The notes beneath the pieces were generated by a model, which ran no database searches, was not told the origin of the DNA, and was given only the letters and a program-made list of their open reading frames with translations. 64,000 bases of DNA, from contig CALOBL010000013.1 in the NCBI GenBank assembly GCA_942491655.1, positions 7,661-71,660 of the forward strand. The letters run 5' to 3'. Below, in pieces: positions 1 through 9,752 of the stretch. Position 1 is the stretch's first letter. Every line of letters starts with the position of its first letter. The DNA is from Candidatus Cloacimonadaceae bacterium (GTDB lineage: Bacteria; Cloacimonadota; Cloacimonadia; Cloacimonadales; TCS61). The translations under genes and the position numbers were made by a program.

Positions 1-3
1 TCA

Positions 4-36
4 AAGCCTTCCGCTTCTGCGGTGGGCTTTTTTTTA
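4..36 (+). terminator. Rho-independent terminator-like hairpin for a gene ending upstream of the window
   Basis: Imperfect GC-rich stem (aagccttccgc / gcggtgggctt) with a 4-nt loop, followed by a run of T. Confidence 0.5.
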
Positions 37-146
37 TAGCCACCAAGGCAGAAAGACACTAAGGTGTTTATAGAAATACAGATAAAGCAGGGATAGAACC
101 GTTGAAAAGTTTATAGGTTTAGAGGTTAAGTATCCAATCTGCTGAA

Positions 147-182
147 GCAAATTGAATTTAGAAGTTTTCTTCAGAAAACTTC
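147..182 (+). repeat. Short hairpin repeat, gcaaattNaattta-GAAGTTTTC-loop-GAAAACTTC; second copy at 24389-24423
   Basis: Perfect 9-bp stem 161-169/174-182. The flank and stem are nearly identical to 24389-24423, and related stems occur inside the 152-bp tRNA-linked repeat. Confidence 0.6.
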
Positions 183-382
183 ATAGCAACAATAGATAAC
201 TTATAATGTCATATTAAGATTTAGGTTGTGGTTAAGTTTTTAAGTTCAAAAGTTTAGCTGTGAGAAATTAAAGCAGAGTACCTCAAACAGCCTGCCCGTG
301 CAAATATTCTATTTCAAAAGAAAGAATTTAACCTGGTTTCCAAGTTTTTACTGGTTCCTAAATAAAGAAATCAAATGTTAAG

Positions 383-450
383 GCTCCTAAACAGGAACTG
401 TTATGCAGCCCTGTTATACAACAAGGTAAACAGTTTAAAAGTTTAGGAAC
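383..450 (+). repeat. 68-bp intergenic hairpin element with 10-bp terminal inverted repeats (G[C/T]TCCTAAAC ... GTTTAGGAAC), family 1
   Basis: 67 of 68 nt match the reverse complement of 21362-21429; a close copy lies at 3923-3990. Contains an internal hairpin (ccctgttat-caacaagg). Confidence 0.85.
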
Positions 451-616
451 CAGCTTATGATAACTGGGTTCCAGTTAAGAATGCATAACGTTATGAAGTG
501 GAACCATGGTATTCACCACGGCAGGACTTCTTAACGAGAGCGCTTTTTAAAATAATTGATCTATCCCGCAAATTTCCTACATCCTGGAAATCCAGATTCT
601 GACTATATTAAAAAAG

Positions 617-662
617 GTTCCCAAGAAGAACCCGGTATGCACCAGGTCAGAACTTGGGAACC
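617..662 (+). repeat. Family-1 variant hairpin (GGTTCCCAAG ... GGTATGCACC ... CTTGGGAACC)
   Basis: 10-bp terminal inverted repeat. The central GGTATGCACC core is shared with the 21461-21505 copy. Confidence 0.6.
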
Positions 663-684
663 AGTTATGCTTAAATTGATAATT

Positions 685-3600
685 CTAGAAAGTATATTCC
701 AGCGTTAGGAAGACATTAAACATTGGAGAAGGACTTAAATAGGGGTAATATTCTGATCCATCGCTGTTTCCACTGGAAGCTCCCTCACCGAAAGTTGGAC
801 TAACCCAATCTACGATATTACCTTCATCATCAACTCTTTTCAGTTGCATACCAAAGGCACGTGTAATATAGGCTTTGGAGAAATTATCTTCTTTATTGAG
901 AACATTATTAAAGTTCAGTTTAATAGAAGCATCATTTCCACCAATAATGAATTTATAGGATAAAGAAGCGTTGAGTTCGAAAAATTCCGGAAGTTTAGAG
1001 CTTCTCATAATCCATTCACGATCGTAATCTCCATAACCATTATTTCTTTCAAAATAATATGGATCTGAAAGGTTATTGTCTGGATCATCTGGATCGATCA
1101 TGTCAAAATCACCTTCACCGTCCTGGTTAGGTACAAACACACATTCTCCATAGGATTGGAAGTTACCATCTTGATCGTAGTAATAGAGCTGTTTGTTGTA
1201 AACATTATCGTATGTTGTGTAATATTCATCAAACCATTTTACACTCAGGCCCACACGCAGGCTTCCATCCAGCGGCATTTCATTAAAAGTATACCCAACA
1301 CCACCGGAAGCCATTTTCTCTGGTGAGAAAGGAACTACTTTACCTTCTACGTCTTCAACATCTTCAAAGAAGATCGTCTGATACTTGTCTTTAAGGTTGT
1401 CCCAGCGGTTTGAAGAGAAAGTTGCAGAAACATTTGTATCGAAATTTCCCAGTTTATTTTGCATGTTGAGTTCAAAACCTTTATGGGTAGCCTTACCTAC
1501 GTTCAGTGTGGCGGAATTTGCCTGTTCTCCTATTCCGATCTCGGCACTTTCAATTTTATCGGAATATTTTGAATAATAATATGTAACTTCTACTTTGTGG
1601 TCATCGTTCCTGAAACCTACACCGCCTTCAATAGTCTGGCATTTTTCCGGTTCAAGTTCATAGAGTATATTTCCAAACTCATCCGCCTGGTTCATTCCTG
1701 GTCCATCAGCCCGGTCATACCAGTCACCGACAGTGGGTTCTTTATAAACAATGGAATAATTAACAAGTGTATTCCAGTTTTTATTGAGGTTCACATTCAT
1801 ACCGATCTTAGGTGAGAAGAAATTATAAGTTCTATTATAGTCGTCTTTGGTAAAGGCAGAATCAGACTTTGTACTATAGTAACCGGCATCGATATATTCG
1901 TTTCTAATGGGATCAAAGAAATGAATCAGATTTTCATCTACCTCAGAATAGTAAATAGCGTATTGGCCATCAAGCATGAAATTTACACTCTGAATAAAGT
2001 CATCAAATGGAACTTTAATTTTAGCCCGGGCGAAACCAGATGTGTTCATAACTGTAGTTGTATAATCATATTCTGTTAGAAAATTACCAAAAGTACTTAC
2101 AGAATCAGCATCAAGGGGGTTATAATGTCTGTAATTGCTTCCTTCCCTGTAATGATCTGCTTTCCAGTATCTACCTTCAGCTCCAAATATCAATTTTATA
2201 TTTTCATTAACATTGGTATCATAGTAAGAATTAAGACCAAATTGCTTATGATTATTGTAGGATGTACTTTTTGATGTGTGATCAGAATCGTTCAAAAATG
2301 TATTGGAACCTCCTCCGATTACAGTTTTAGTATCTCCTGCCCATTCATAATAGCCAATATTGTCATTGTTTTCATTGATCTCAAAGCCATCCAGCAGATA
2401 TCCTGTCTGTTTGTAAACATACATTGCATAATCTGCAAGTCTTCTCCGTTCAGAATTTTCTGCGATTAAAGGCTGGTACTGGAGAGCTCCTGTTTCTGGA
2501 TCAAAAGTTATGTTGTCAGCATAACTTCCACCACCTTCACCCATTGTTACAAAGACATTTGTCATTAAATAGGAATTTTCCGAAACAGACCATCTATCAC
2601 GAACAGAAAACTGAGGCTTAAAATACTCGTTCTCCTGCCATTTGTGGTTAGTGAAATTGAATTCTCTTCCCAGTAATTTTCCCAGTTCACGATCGTATGT
2701 AGAGCGAGCCTGGTTATGTTTCTGTGGAGCAGCGATAAAACTTGTATTTAAAACATGACTACCCAGTTTGCTTTCTGTTTCGAATCCAAAAGACCAGCCA
2801 TCGTAGTTCGTACCACGAATATAATAATCTCCTGCTTTTCTTTCCAGATTTACATCAAATTTAAATTTATTATTCCAGATCTGACCGGAACTGTATTTCA
2901 ACATGATATTGTAATTCATTGGGGCATAGTCTTCCATCACACCGTCATTAGTTGCGGATTTACCATCGGTAGTGTAATATCCTGTAGAAGTTCTAATAGT
3001 GAATTCTGAGTTATTTCCCGAACCCATTGTTTCGATATTTACTGATCCCCCGAAGGCACCTGAGCCATACATAGAGGCACCTGCGCCCCTTTGAACCTGT
3101 ACGGATTTAACATTGGAGGAAAGTCCCGTCCAGTTACTCCAGTAAACCACCTGGCTTTCCGGATCATTGACTGGAATTCCATTGATGAGGATCTGGATTT
3201 TCTGGGCATCAAAACCACGCATGGTAATTTCAGCTTCCCCGATTCCTGAGGTAGTAGAAAAGAGGCCGGGAATATCATCCAGCATCTGAGGCATGTCTCC
3301 CGTAGTATATTTTTCCTGAATTGTTTCCTGATCGATATCTGTAAATGATACAGGTGTCTCACGAGCAACAGCCCGGTTGGCACTTACTCCGTAACCAGAG
3401 ATCTGAACTGCACTTTTTTCCAGCTGCAAATTAACAACTGCAGTAACATCATCTTCCACCACAACTGTTGTTTTTACTTCCTTATAGCCAATAAAGCGGA
3501 CATACAATTCCTGCTCTCCCAGGGGAACATCCTTAAGAATATAAGTACCATTTTCTTTCGTGAATGTACCGGTTTCAGTATCACCCAGAAAAACTGCTGC

Positions 3601-3720
3601 CCCTTCGATATTACCACCGGTTGCCGCGTCAGTTATTTTACCGGCGATCTTTCCAGTTTGGGCTAATAACAGAAATGGCATTAAAATGAAAATAATAAAC
3701 AAGATAAAAAGTTTATTCAT
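685..3720 (-). CDS. TonB-dependent outer-membrane receptor with N-terminal carboxypeptidase-regulatory-like domain
   Basis: Signal peptide (MNKLFILFIIFILMPFLLLAQ), a CarbopepD_reg-like GKIAGKITD segment, a plug region, a long beta-barrel and a terminal aromatic residue (TLEYTF). GGAGG lies upstream of the ATG at 3720, so the ORF-track start at 3732 is probably too long. Confidence 0.85.
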   Translation of the reverse strand: MNKLFILFIIFILMPFLLLAQTGKIAGKITDAATGGNIEGAAVFLGDTETGTFTKENGTYILKDVPLGEQELYVRFIGYKEVKTTVVVEDDVTAVVNLQLEKSAVQISGYGVSANRAVARETPVSFTDIDQETIQEKYTTGDMPQMLDDIPGLFSTTSGIGEAEITMRGFDAQKIQILINGIPVNDPESQVVYWSNWTGLSSNVKSVQVQRGAGASMYGSGAFGGSVNIETMGSGNNSEFTIRTSTGYYTTDGKSATNDGVMEDYAPMNYNIMLKYSSGQIWNNKFKFDVNLERKAGDYYIRGTNYDGWSFGFETESKLGSHVLNTSFIAAPQKHNQARSTYDRELGKLLGREFNFTNHKWQENEYFKPQFSVRDRWSVSENSYLMTNVFVTMGEGGGSYADNITFDPETGALQYQPLIAENSERRRLADYAMYVYKQTGYLLDGFEINENNDNIGYYEWAGDTKTVIGGGSNTFLNDSDHTSKSTSYNNHKQFGLNSYYDTNVNENIKLIFGAEGRYWKADHYREGSNYRHYNPLDADSVSTFGNFLTEYDYTTTVMNTSGFARAKIKVPFDDFIQSVNFMLDGQYAIYYSEVDENLIHFFDPIRNEYIDAGYYSTKSDSAFTKDDYNRTYNFFSPKIGMNVNLNKNWNTLVNYSIVYKEPTVGDWYDRADGPGMNQADEFGNILYELEPEKCQTIEGGVGFRNDDHKVEVTYYYSKYSDKIESAEIGIGEQANSATLNVGKATHKGFELNMQNKLGNFDTNVSATFSSNRWDNLKDKYQTIFFEDVEDVEGKVVPFSPEKMASGGVGYTFNEMPLDGSLRVGLSVKWFDEYYTTYDNVYNKQLYYYDQDGNFQSYGECVFVPNQDGEGDFDMIDPDDPDNNLSDPYYFERNNGYGDYDREWIMRSSKLPEFFELNASLSYKFIIGGNDASIKLNFNNVLNKEDNFSKAYITRAFGMQLKRVDDEGNIVDWVSPTFGEGASSGNSDGSEYYPYLSPSPMFNVFLTLEYTF

Positions 3721-3922
3721 AATTCCTCCCACTCAGATTTTGTTAACTCGAAAAAGTTACTTTTTGAGTACGATTTATGTCAAGCTGAATTAGAAATTTA
3801 CGAGTTTAACCAGAACTATATACAACAATTTCATATTTTATTAGCAACGAACAATACAAACAAAACGAACTTCCTGAGTTATGTATATATAACATTAAAG
3901 GACAGAAAGTTAAATCTTTTGC

Positions 3923-3990
3923 ATTCCTAAACGGGATCTGTTATGCATCCCTGTTATCCAACAGGGTAAACAGTTTAAAAGTTTGGGAAC
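3923..3990 (+). repeat. Family-1 hairpin element copy
   Basis: ATTCCTAAAC ... GTTTGGGAAC termini, with a perfect internal CCCTGTT-atcc-AACAGGG hairpin. Same orientation as the 383-450 copy, so the two flank the TonB receptor gene. Confidence 0.8.
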
Positions 3991-4023
3991 GAGCGGACTA
4001 AACAATTCTGTAATCCAGAGCGG

Positions 4024-4103
4024 CCTGCCCGGCGTAGCCTCCGTCCATCGCAGTAGCATAGCTTCGGAGGATGTATTGGCGAAGACTGGAGTCGAAGGGT
4101 CAG
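4024..4103 (+). repeat. Family-2 interspersed repeat (cctgcccggcgtagcctccgtcc...gcttcggagg...ggcgaagac...gtcgaagggtcag)
   Basis: Aligns by eye with the reverse complement of 21696-21766. Shortened versions occur in frame inside the sorting-domain coding sequence at about 27994-28047, 31186-31237 and 43545-43612. Confidence 0.7.
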
Positions 4104-4459
4104 AAACTAAATATTCCGTTAACTGGGATTGAACTGATCAAAATAACCATTCAGTTACTTCCAGAATTTATTTTTATACACTAAACTGTTCAGGGAGGAC
4201 TAAAAATAAAAAAATGATCTTATTAAGATGAACAATAATTATTATAAACATTAATACTAAATTTTATTTTAAACAAACTGTCAAAATGACATTATTATCT
4301 AAATTTTACTTTTTTTTAGCCAGACACGGAGTATTATGATACAGCGTTAGTTATTATATTTCAGATGGTTACAATAATATTTTTCACTGATCGCCAAATG
4401 GCATTGAATTTGCTATTGTTACTATTAATTCTAGTCTTTTTTGTCAATATGGAGGATAT

Positions 4460-7400
4460 ATGAAATATTTTCTGGTAGCATTTTTATTTATTTTTTTAAC
4501 TCTTTCCGCTCAAAACAACTGCCTGGAGTTTTATGGGACTGATGATTATGTGGACTGTGATAATATTTTGACCAATAGCTCACCTCTTGCAGAATTCACT
4601 ATTGAATTTTGGATGAAATTACACTCTACTCAGCCCTATTATATGGGAGTGTTTGGCCAGCAAACTACAGCTTACTCTTCAGATAACTTTTCAATATCCT
4701 TTTATTGTGGAGATGAAGTAAATCGATTTGGAATGACAGGTAGTTGGTCAGATGATGAATCTGGAAATCCTTCAAGTTTTGATAATCGTACGACTATGCC
4801 TTTTGGAACAGGTGTTTGGAAGCATGTCGCTACTACTTTTGATGGTACGACAATGAAAATGTATGTGGATGGAGTTCTTATTAAAGAGAGTAATAATTTC
4901 AGTGGCGATTCTTATGCGGGGAAATCTCTCGGAAATACACATGATTTTTTATTAGGAAAGACATTTGGTTATGGTAGTGGTGTAACCACACATTTTTTTG
5001 ATGGAGAAATAGATGAATTTAGGATATGGGATGATGCTAGGACAAAAACAGAAATCCGCCAAAATATGTATCAAGAATTGCCAGATGCTTCTGGCGAAAC
5101 AAATCTAGTTGCTTACTATAAATTTGATGAAACATCTGGTATAACATTAGATGACTCCAAAGGCAGCAACGATGGTACTTTAACTAATATGACAGGCAAT
5201 GAGTGGCAAACCTCCCCCGCCATGTTTGGCCCGAAGAACTGCCTGGATTTTGATGGAGTTGATGATAATGTTGAAATAAGTGGATTGGATCCGGTTGGTT
5301 TAGGCTCAGTTACAGTGGAAACATGGGTTTACTTCGACGCATTTAATGGTAGCGAAGATGCTAATATCACTAATGTTATCCGCAGCGGGAATGAAAATGT
5401 TTGTCTCCGAATTGGCGATGGTGGTATGCCTAATAACATGCCCCAGTTTGTGGTGACGGTAAGTGGACAAACAAAATTAAATGCTAATGCAAGATTATCA
5501 ACTGGTGAATGGTACCATATTGCATGTGCTTACGATGGGTTATACATGAAGCTATATATTAATGGAAAACTTGATAATTCCAGGATGCTATCGGGAAACA
5601 TTGCAAGCACAAGCGAAACTTTTTTACTTGGCGCAAATCCCGATGGTTCTCGCGCACTGGATGGTCGTATGGATGAGGTTAGGATTTGGAACGATGCTCG
5701 AACAGCTAGTGAAATCCGTGAAGATATGTGTAGAAATCTAACAGGAAATGAAGATAATTTAATTGCATATTATAATTTTGACAGCTCCTCGGGAACGACT
5801 CTTCAGGATTATAGCGATAATGATTATGATGGAGCACTGACCAATATGGATGGAAGCTCGGATTGGGTTGCTTCAACAGCTTTCAATACTTGGTTGAATA
5901 CATCTTCTTCAAGTTGGTCAGAAATTTCTAACTGGAGTTTGGGAAGCAAACCAACTCTTGAAAGTATAGGTATTTATAGCTATACAGGAGGAAGTGTTCC
6001 TACTTTTGATAATGGTGATGAAGCAGGATGTGGTAATATAGTTGTAAACATGACGTCTGACTGGTCTTTAGGTGGTTATTTTATTGTTGATGGGAACCTG
6101 ATTTTAGAAAGCGACATTGATTTAAACGGACAAACTATTGCATTAGGAAGCTCAGCTTATATTATTGAAGATACCGGCAGAGTTTACGGTAGTTCGGGAT
6201 CAATTACTACTACAAGAAATCTTTCCAATATCGATGAAAATGTAGCCGGTCTGGGTGCAGAGATCACTACTTCCGCCAACTTGGGAAGTACAACCATTAC
6301 CCGAACCCATGCAGCTAATTCAGATCCTGCCAGTATTGAAAGAAGATATAGCATCTCCCCTACCACAAACACTGGCTTAAACGCTACCTTGGCCTTTCAT
6401 TACAATGAAAATGAGTTGAATGGATTAACCGAATCGTATCTTCAGTTGTTTCGATCGACAGATGGTGGAAGCAACTGGACGGACAGTGATGGAAGTGTGA
6501 ACACATTTGTAAACACCATTACGCTTTCTGGAATTGATGCTTTTTCATTATGGACTGCCATGTCGGAAGATATTACACCCCCAATACTGGATACAGGAGA
6601 TCCATATCCCAGTCATAACTATACAGCAGGAAACTCTGCTATTACAATTGCTCCCAATGCAGTAGTAACAACTGATAATGATTTGGAGAACGCCACAGTT
6701 TCAATTTCTCCTATAGATACAGATGATGTTTTATCTGTGACTGATCTGCCCGAGGGTTTATCTGAAAGCTGGGATGACAACACCAAAATTCTAAGTATAA
6801 GTGGTACCGGCTTCAGCCGATTATCAGACAGCTCTAAGCAATGTAAAATTTTATTCAACTCAAGTCCAGTGAGGGTTCCGGTACACGTGTCATTGATTTT
6901 ATTTTAGGCGCAGGTGTAGGTTTGGAGATTGGAGAACAACATTTTTATGAAGTTATTGATAACGGGAACAGCATAAGTTGGGATAATGCACGATCAGCTG
7001 CACTTGACAGTCGTTTTGGGGCTTCTCAGGGCTATCTGGCAACGATTACCTCCAACGATGAAAACAGTTTTCTTGCTGGAAAGGTTGTAGCTGATACCTG
7101 GATCGGAGCCAGTGACGCTGAAACAGAGGGGATCTGGAAATGGATAGACGGTCCTGAAACCGGCACACAATTCTGGCTAGGAGATGCTTGATGCCGGATA
7201 GTGCTAGTAACTATGGATCAGCAGTTAATGGAGAATATGCCAACTGGTGGAGTTCCGAACCAAATGATAGTTTTTAATAATGAAGACTACGCCCATATGT
7301 ACTGCAGCAGAAGATCTTCAGGGTTATGGAATGATTATGGAAATATTCAGGATGTTTATTACTACATTGTAGAATACGGCGGAGATGGTAGCACCTTTAC

Positions 7401-8067
7401 GACAATAGATGATGCAACATTAAATGTCACTGGAGCGCCACTCCCTGTCACCCTCTCTAATTTCACCACACATTTTATTGAGGGAAGCGCTTTCCTTAAC
7501 TGGACAACTTTATCTGAAACCAGTAACCTGGGCTGGAACATTTATCGTTCTTTTAGCAATGACATGGAAGAAGCTTCCTTACTCAATTACGAACTGATAC
7601 CCGGTGCCGGTACAACCAGTGAAATAACAGAATATTCTTATGAAGATGAAAACGACTTCCTGCCGCTTACAACCTACTGGTACTGGCTGGAAAGTGTCTC
7701 CGGTAACGGAGAAACTGAAATGTATGATCCAATTCCCTTAACAACACCGGAAGATCTGGAAGATCCGCAAACACCCGATATTCCAACAGAATTCGGGCTA
7801 TATCAGAATTATCCGAATCCTTTTAATCCTGATACAGAAATAAGTTTTGCTTTAAAGGAAGCGAGTAAATGTGAACTCAGTATTTTCAATATCAGAGGGC
7901 AGTTAATCAGAAATATTTTTAGTGGAAATATAGAAAAAAACCGGATTTACAATTTTGCCTGGAACGGGAAAGACGAAGGCGGAAAGGAGGTAGATTCCGG
8001 TATGTATTTTTATCAGATAAAAGCCGGGAAATTTACTGAAACGAAGAAGATGCTGTTGTTGAGGTGA
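4460..8067 (+). pseudogene. LamG (x2) / cadherin-like / C-type lectin / T9SS-CTD surface protein, interrupted by four frameshifts
   Basis: Signal peptide and two LamG-type modules (DG.[IM]DE[FV]RIWN). The reading frame must shift at about 6805, 6866, 7190 and 7273 to keep the sense ...ASADYQTALSNVKFYSTQVQ / SEGSGTRVIDF...WIGASDAETEGIWKWIDG...FWLGDA / PDSASNYGSAVNGEYANWWSSEPNDSF / NNEDYAHMY...SGLWNDYGN. The canonical T9SS CTD ends at 8067. Confidence 0.75.
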
Positions 8068-8202
8068 TTTCGGACTCGAGTTCACGCGATACGACTAAGG
8101 CAGTAGAGAGTGGACTTGAGAACGCAGGGGCAATTGTGTTCTGAACTCCAGTCAAGCCTGAAGTCCAGTCCACAAAATTCGGAAGATTCTGTTGTTGAGG
8201 TG
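8046..8202 (+). repeat. 21-bp direct repeat (gaagatKctgttgttgaggtg) bracketing a 115-bp hairpin-rich insertion just after the stop codon
   Basis: 8046-8066 and 8182-8202 differ at one position. The paralogous gene end at 12107-12128 runs straight into the sequence type (ttgcgggttgcggg / tgctgggtactggg) that here follows the second repeat. Confidence 0.6.
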
Positions 8203-8294
8203 TTGCGGGTTGCGGGTCAGTATGGGTTCTCGCAGAAAAAACCTAAGCTATGGTTAGAAGGAATTTATAAAAATAACTAAAGTAGGAGAAAATC

Positions 8295-9740
8295 ATGAAA
8301 AAAATAGCTTTATCAGTTTTTGTATTATTAGTGGCTCTTTCATTATTTGCCCAGAATGTAGCAATTAATGAAAATGGGGGCCCAGCGGATGCTTCTGCAA
8401 TGCTCGACATACAATCAACAACCAAAGGTTTTCTAGCACCCCGAATGACAGCTGCTCAGCGTTTGGCTATTAACAATTCAGATGACCCTCCTACAGGACT
8501 GCTGGTTTATCAGACCGATGAAACACCAGGCTATTATTATTTTAACGGTTCTGTTTGGGTACAGATAGGTGCTGCCTCAGATGCAACACAATGGACTACC
8601 AGTAGCAACGATATATACTATGATTCCGGTAACGTCGGTATCGGGACCTCCACGCTCGGGCATAAATTAACTGTGGAAGGTTCAGGAACTTCGAACACTG
8701 GTGTTTTTGGAATAGATATTACCGGTACAGGCCCATTTAATTGGGCTTCATCAGCCATGGCACCTAATCTCACCACCGGAAATAATATTATCCATATGAT
8801 TGGAAAGGCTGAAACCGAAAATAATTGTGGATACATTGGTTTTAATTTTCAGGGAAGTGGTTCCAGCGCTAACTTTATGACATTTGGTTTACATACTCAT
8901 GATAACTTGCTGAATCTGACCGGTGCCGGCAACGTTGGTATTGGAACAATTGATCCGGGTAAAAAATTGACTATTGGTGGCTACATGGGTTTCGTTGGGA
9001 GTAGCGACAACCGCATCTACTTTGGAGAAAATGATTACCTGCGCTTTGACGATGCCAGCGGCAACGGGCTAAAATTTATTTATGATGATGTAGAAAGGCT
9101 ACGATTAGATAATAGTGGCAAACTTACAGTTAAGGGTACCTACTCACAACCACAGTGTTTGATTGGCAATGATGGCTCTAATGGTATTTTCTTTGAGGCT
9201 GATGGCAGCAGCAGTCACTACAATTGGAAAATTTCACAACAAAACCAGCTGGATGCCGGACTTACCTTTGCTGCATCAACGGCAACAGGTGGAACAGCCT
9301 TTGCAAGCCCGGTTTTGGCATTAAATCAAAATGGCAGGGTTGGAATCGGAACAACTTCAATGGACTATACTCTACACGTAAATGGCTCTGTGGCAGGGAC
9401 AAGTGCCTATAACATTTTATCTGATAGTCGTTTAAAAAAAGATGTTATATCTATCGAAAATGGTTTAGAAAAAGTTATGAAGTTACGACCTGTAACCTTC
9501 AATTGGAGAAGAAGCGAATTTCCAAAAATCAATTTAGATAATAAAAATCATGTTGGTTTTATTGCTCAAGAAGTAGAAGAAGTTGTTCCTCAAGTTGTTA
9601 GCACAGCCGATGATAAAATGCAAACCAAATCAATAGCTTATAGCGATCTGGTTCCCGTACTTACCAAGGCCATCCAGGAACAGCAGAAAGAGATAGAAGA
9701 ATTGAAATCAATGATTATAGAACTTAAAGAACAGAAATAG
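8295..9740 (+). CDS. Secreted tail-fibre-like protein with C-terminal peptidase S74 intramolecular chaperone domain
   Basis: Signal peptide, repeated GNVGIGT motifs, and a C-terminal SDSRLKKDV...LRPVTFNW...VGFIAQEVEEVVPQVV...IAYSDLVPVLTKAIQEQQKEIEELK segment typical of Peptidase_S74. Confidence 0.8.
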   Translation: MKKIALSVFVLLVALSLFAQNVAINENGGPADASAMLDIQSTTKGFLAPRMTAAQRLAINNSDDPPTGLLVYQTDETPGYYYFNGSVWVQIGAASDATQWTTSSNDIYYDSGNVGIGTSTLGHKLTVEGSGTSNTGVFGIDITGTGPFNWASSAMAPNLTTGNNIIHMIGKAETENNCGYIGFNFQGSGSSANFMTFGLHTHDNLLNLTGAGNVGIGTIDPGKKLTIGGYMGFVGSSDNRIYFGENDYLRFDDASGNGLKFIYDDVERLRLDNSGKLTVKGTYSQPQCLIGNDGSNGIFFEADGSSSHYNWKISQQNQLDAGLTFAASTATGGTAFASPVLALNQNGRVGIGTTSMDYTLHVNGSVAGTSAYNILSDSRLKKDVISIENGLEKVMKLRPVTFNWRRSEFPKINLDNKNHVGFIAQEVEEVVPQVVSTADDKMQTKSIAYSDLVPVLTKAIQEQQKEIEELKSMIIELKEQK

Positions 9741-9752
9741 AGGAGTTTTATT

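Noticed and set aside
3733-4459. Cobalamin or another riboswitch in the leader of the TonB-dependent receptor
   Set aside because: I could not find a B12-box-like GCCACTG core or other recognisable riboswitch signatures. The structured sequence there is explained by the family-1 and family-2 repeats, which also occur away from transporter genes.
6922-7400. Diversity-generating retroelement target, since C-type lectin folds are classic DGR variable regions
   Set aside because: There is no reverse transcriptase, no template or variable repeat pair and no adenine-specific mismatch pattern in the window. The domain is a canonical animal-type C-type lectin motif disrupted by indels, not by substitutions.
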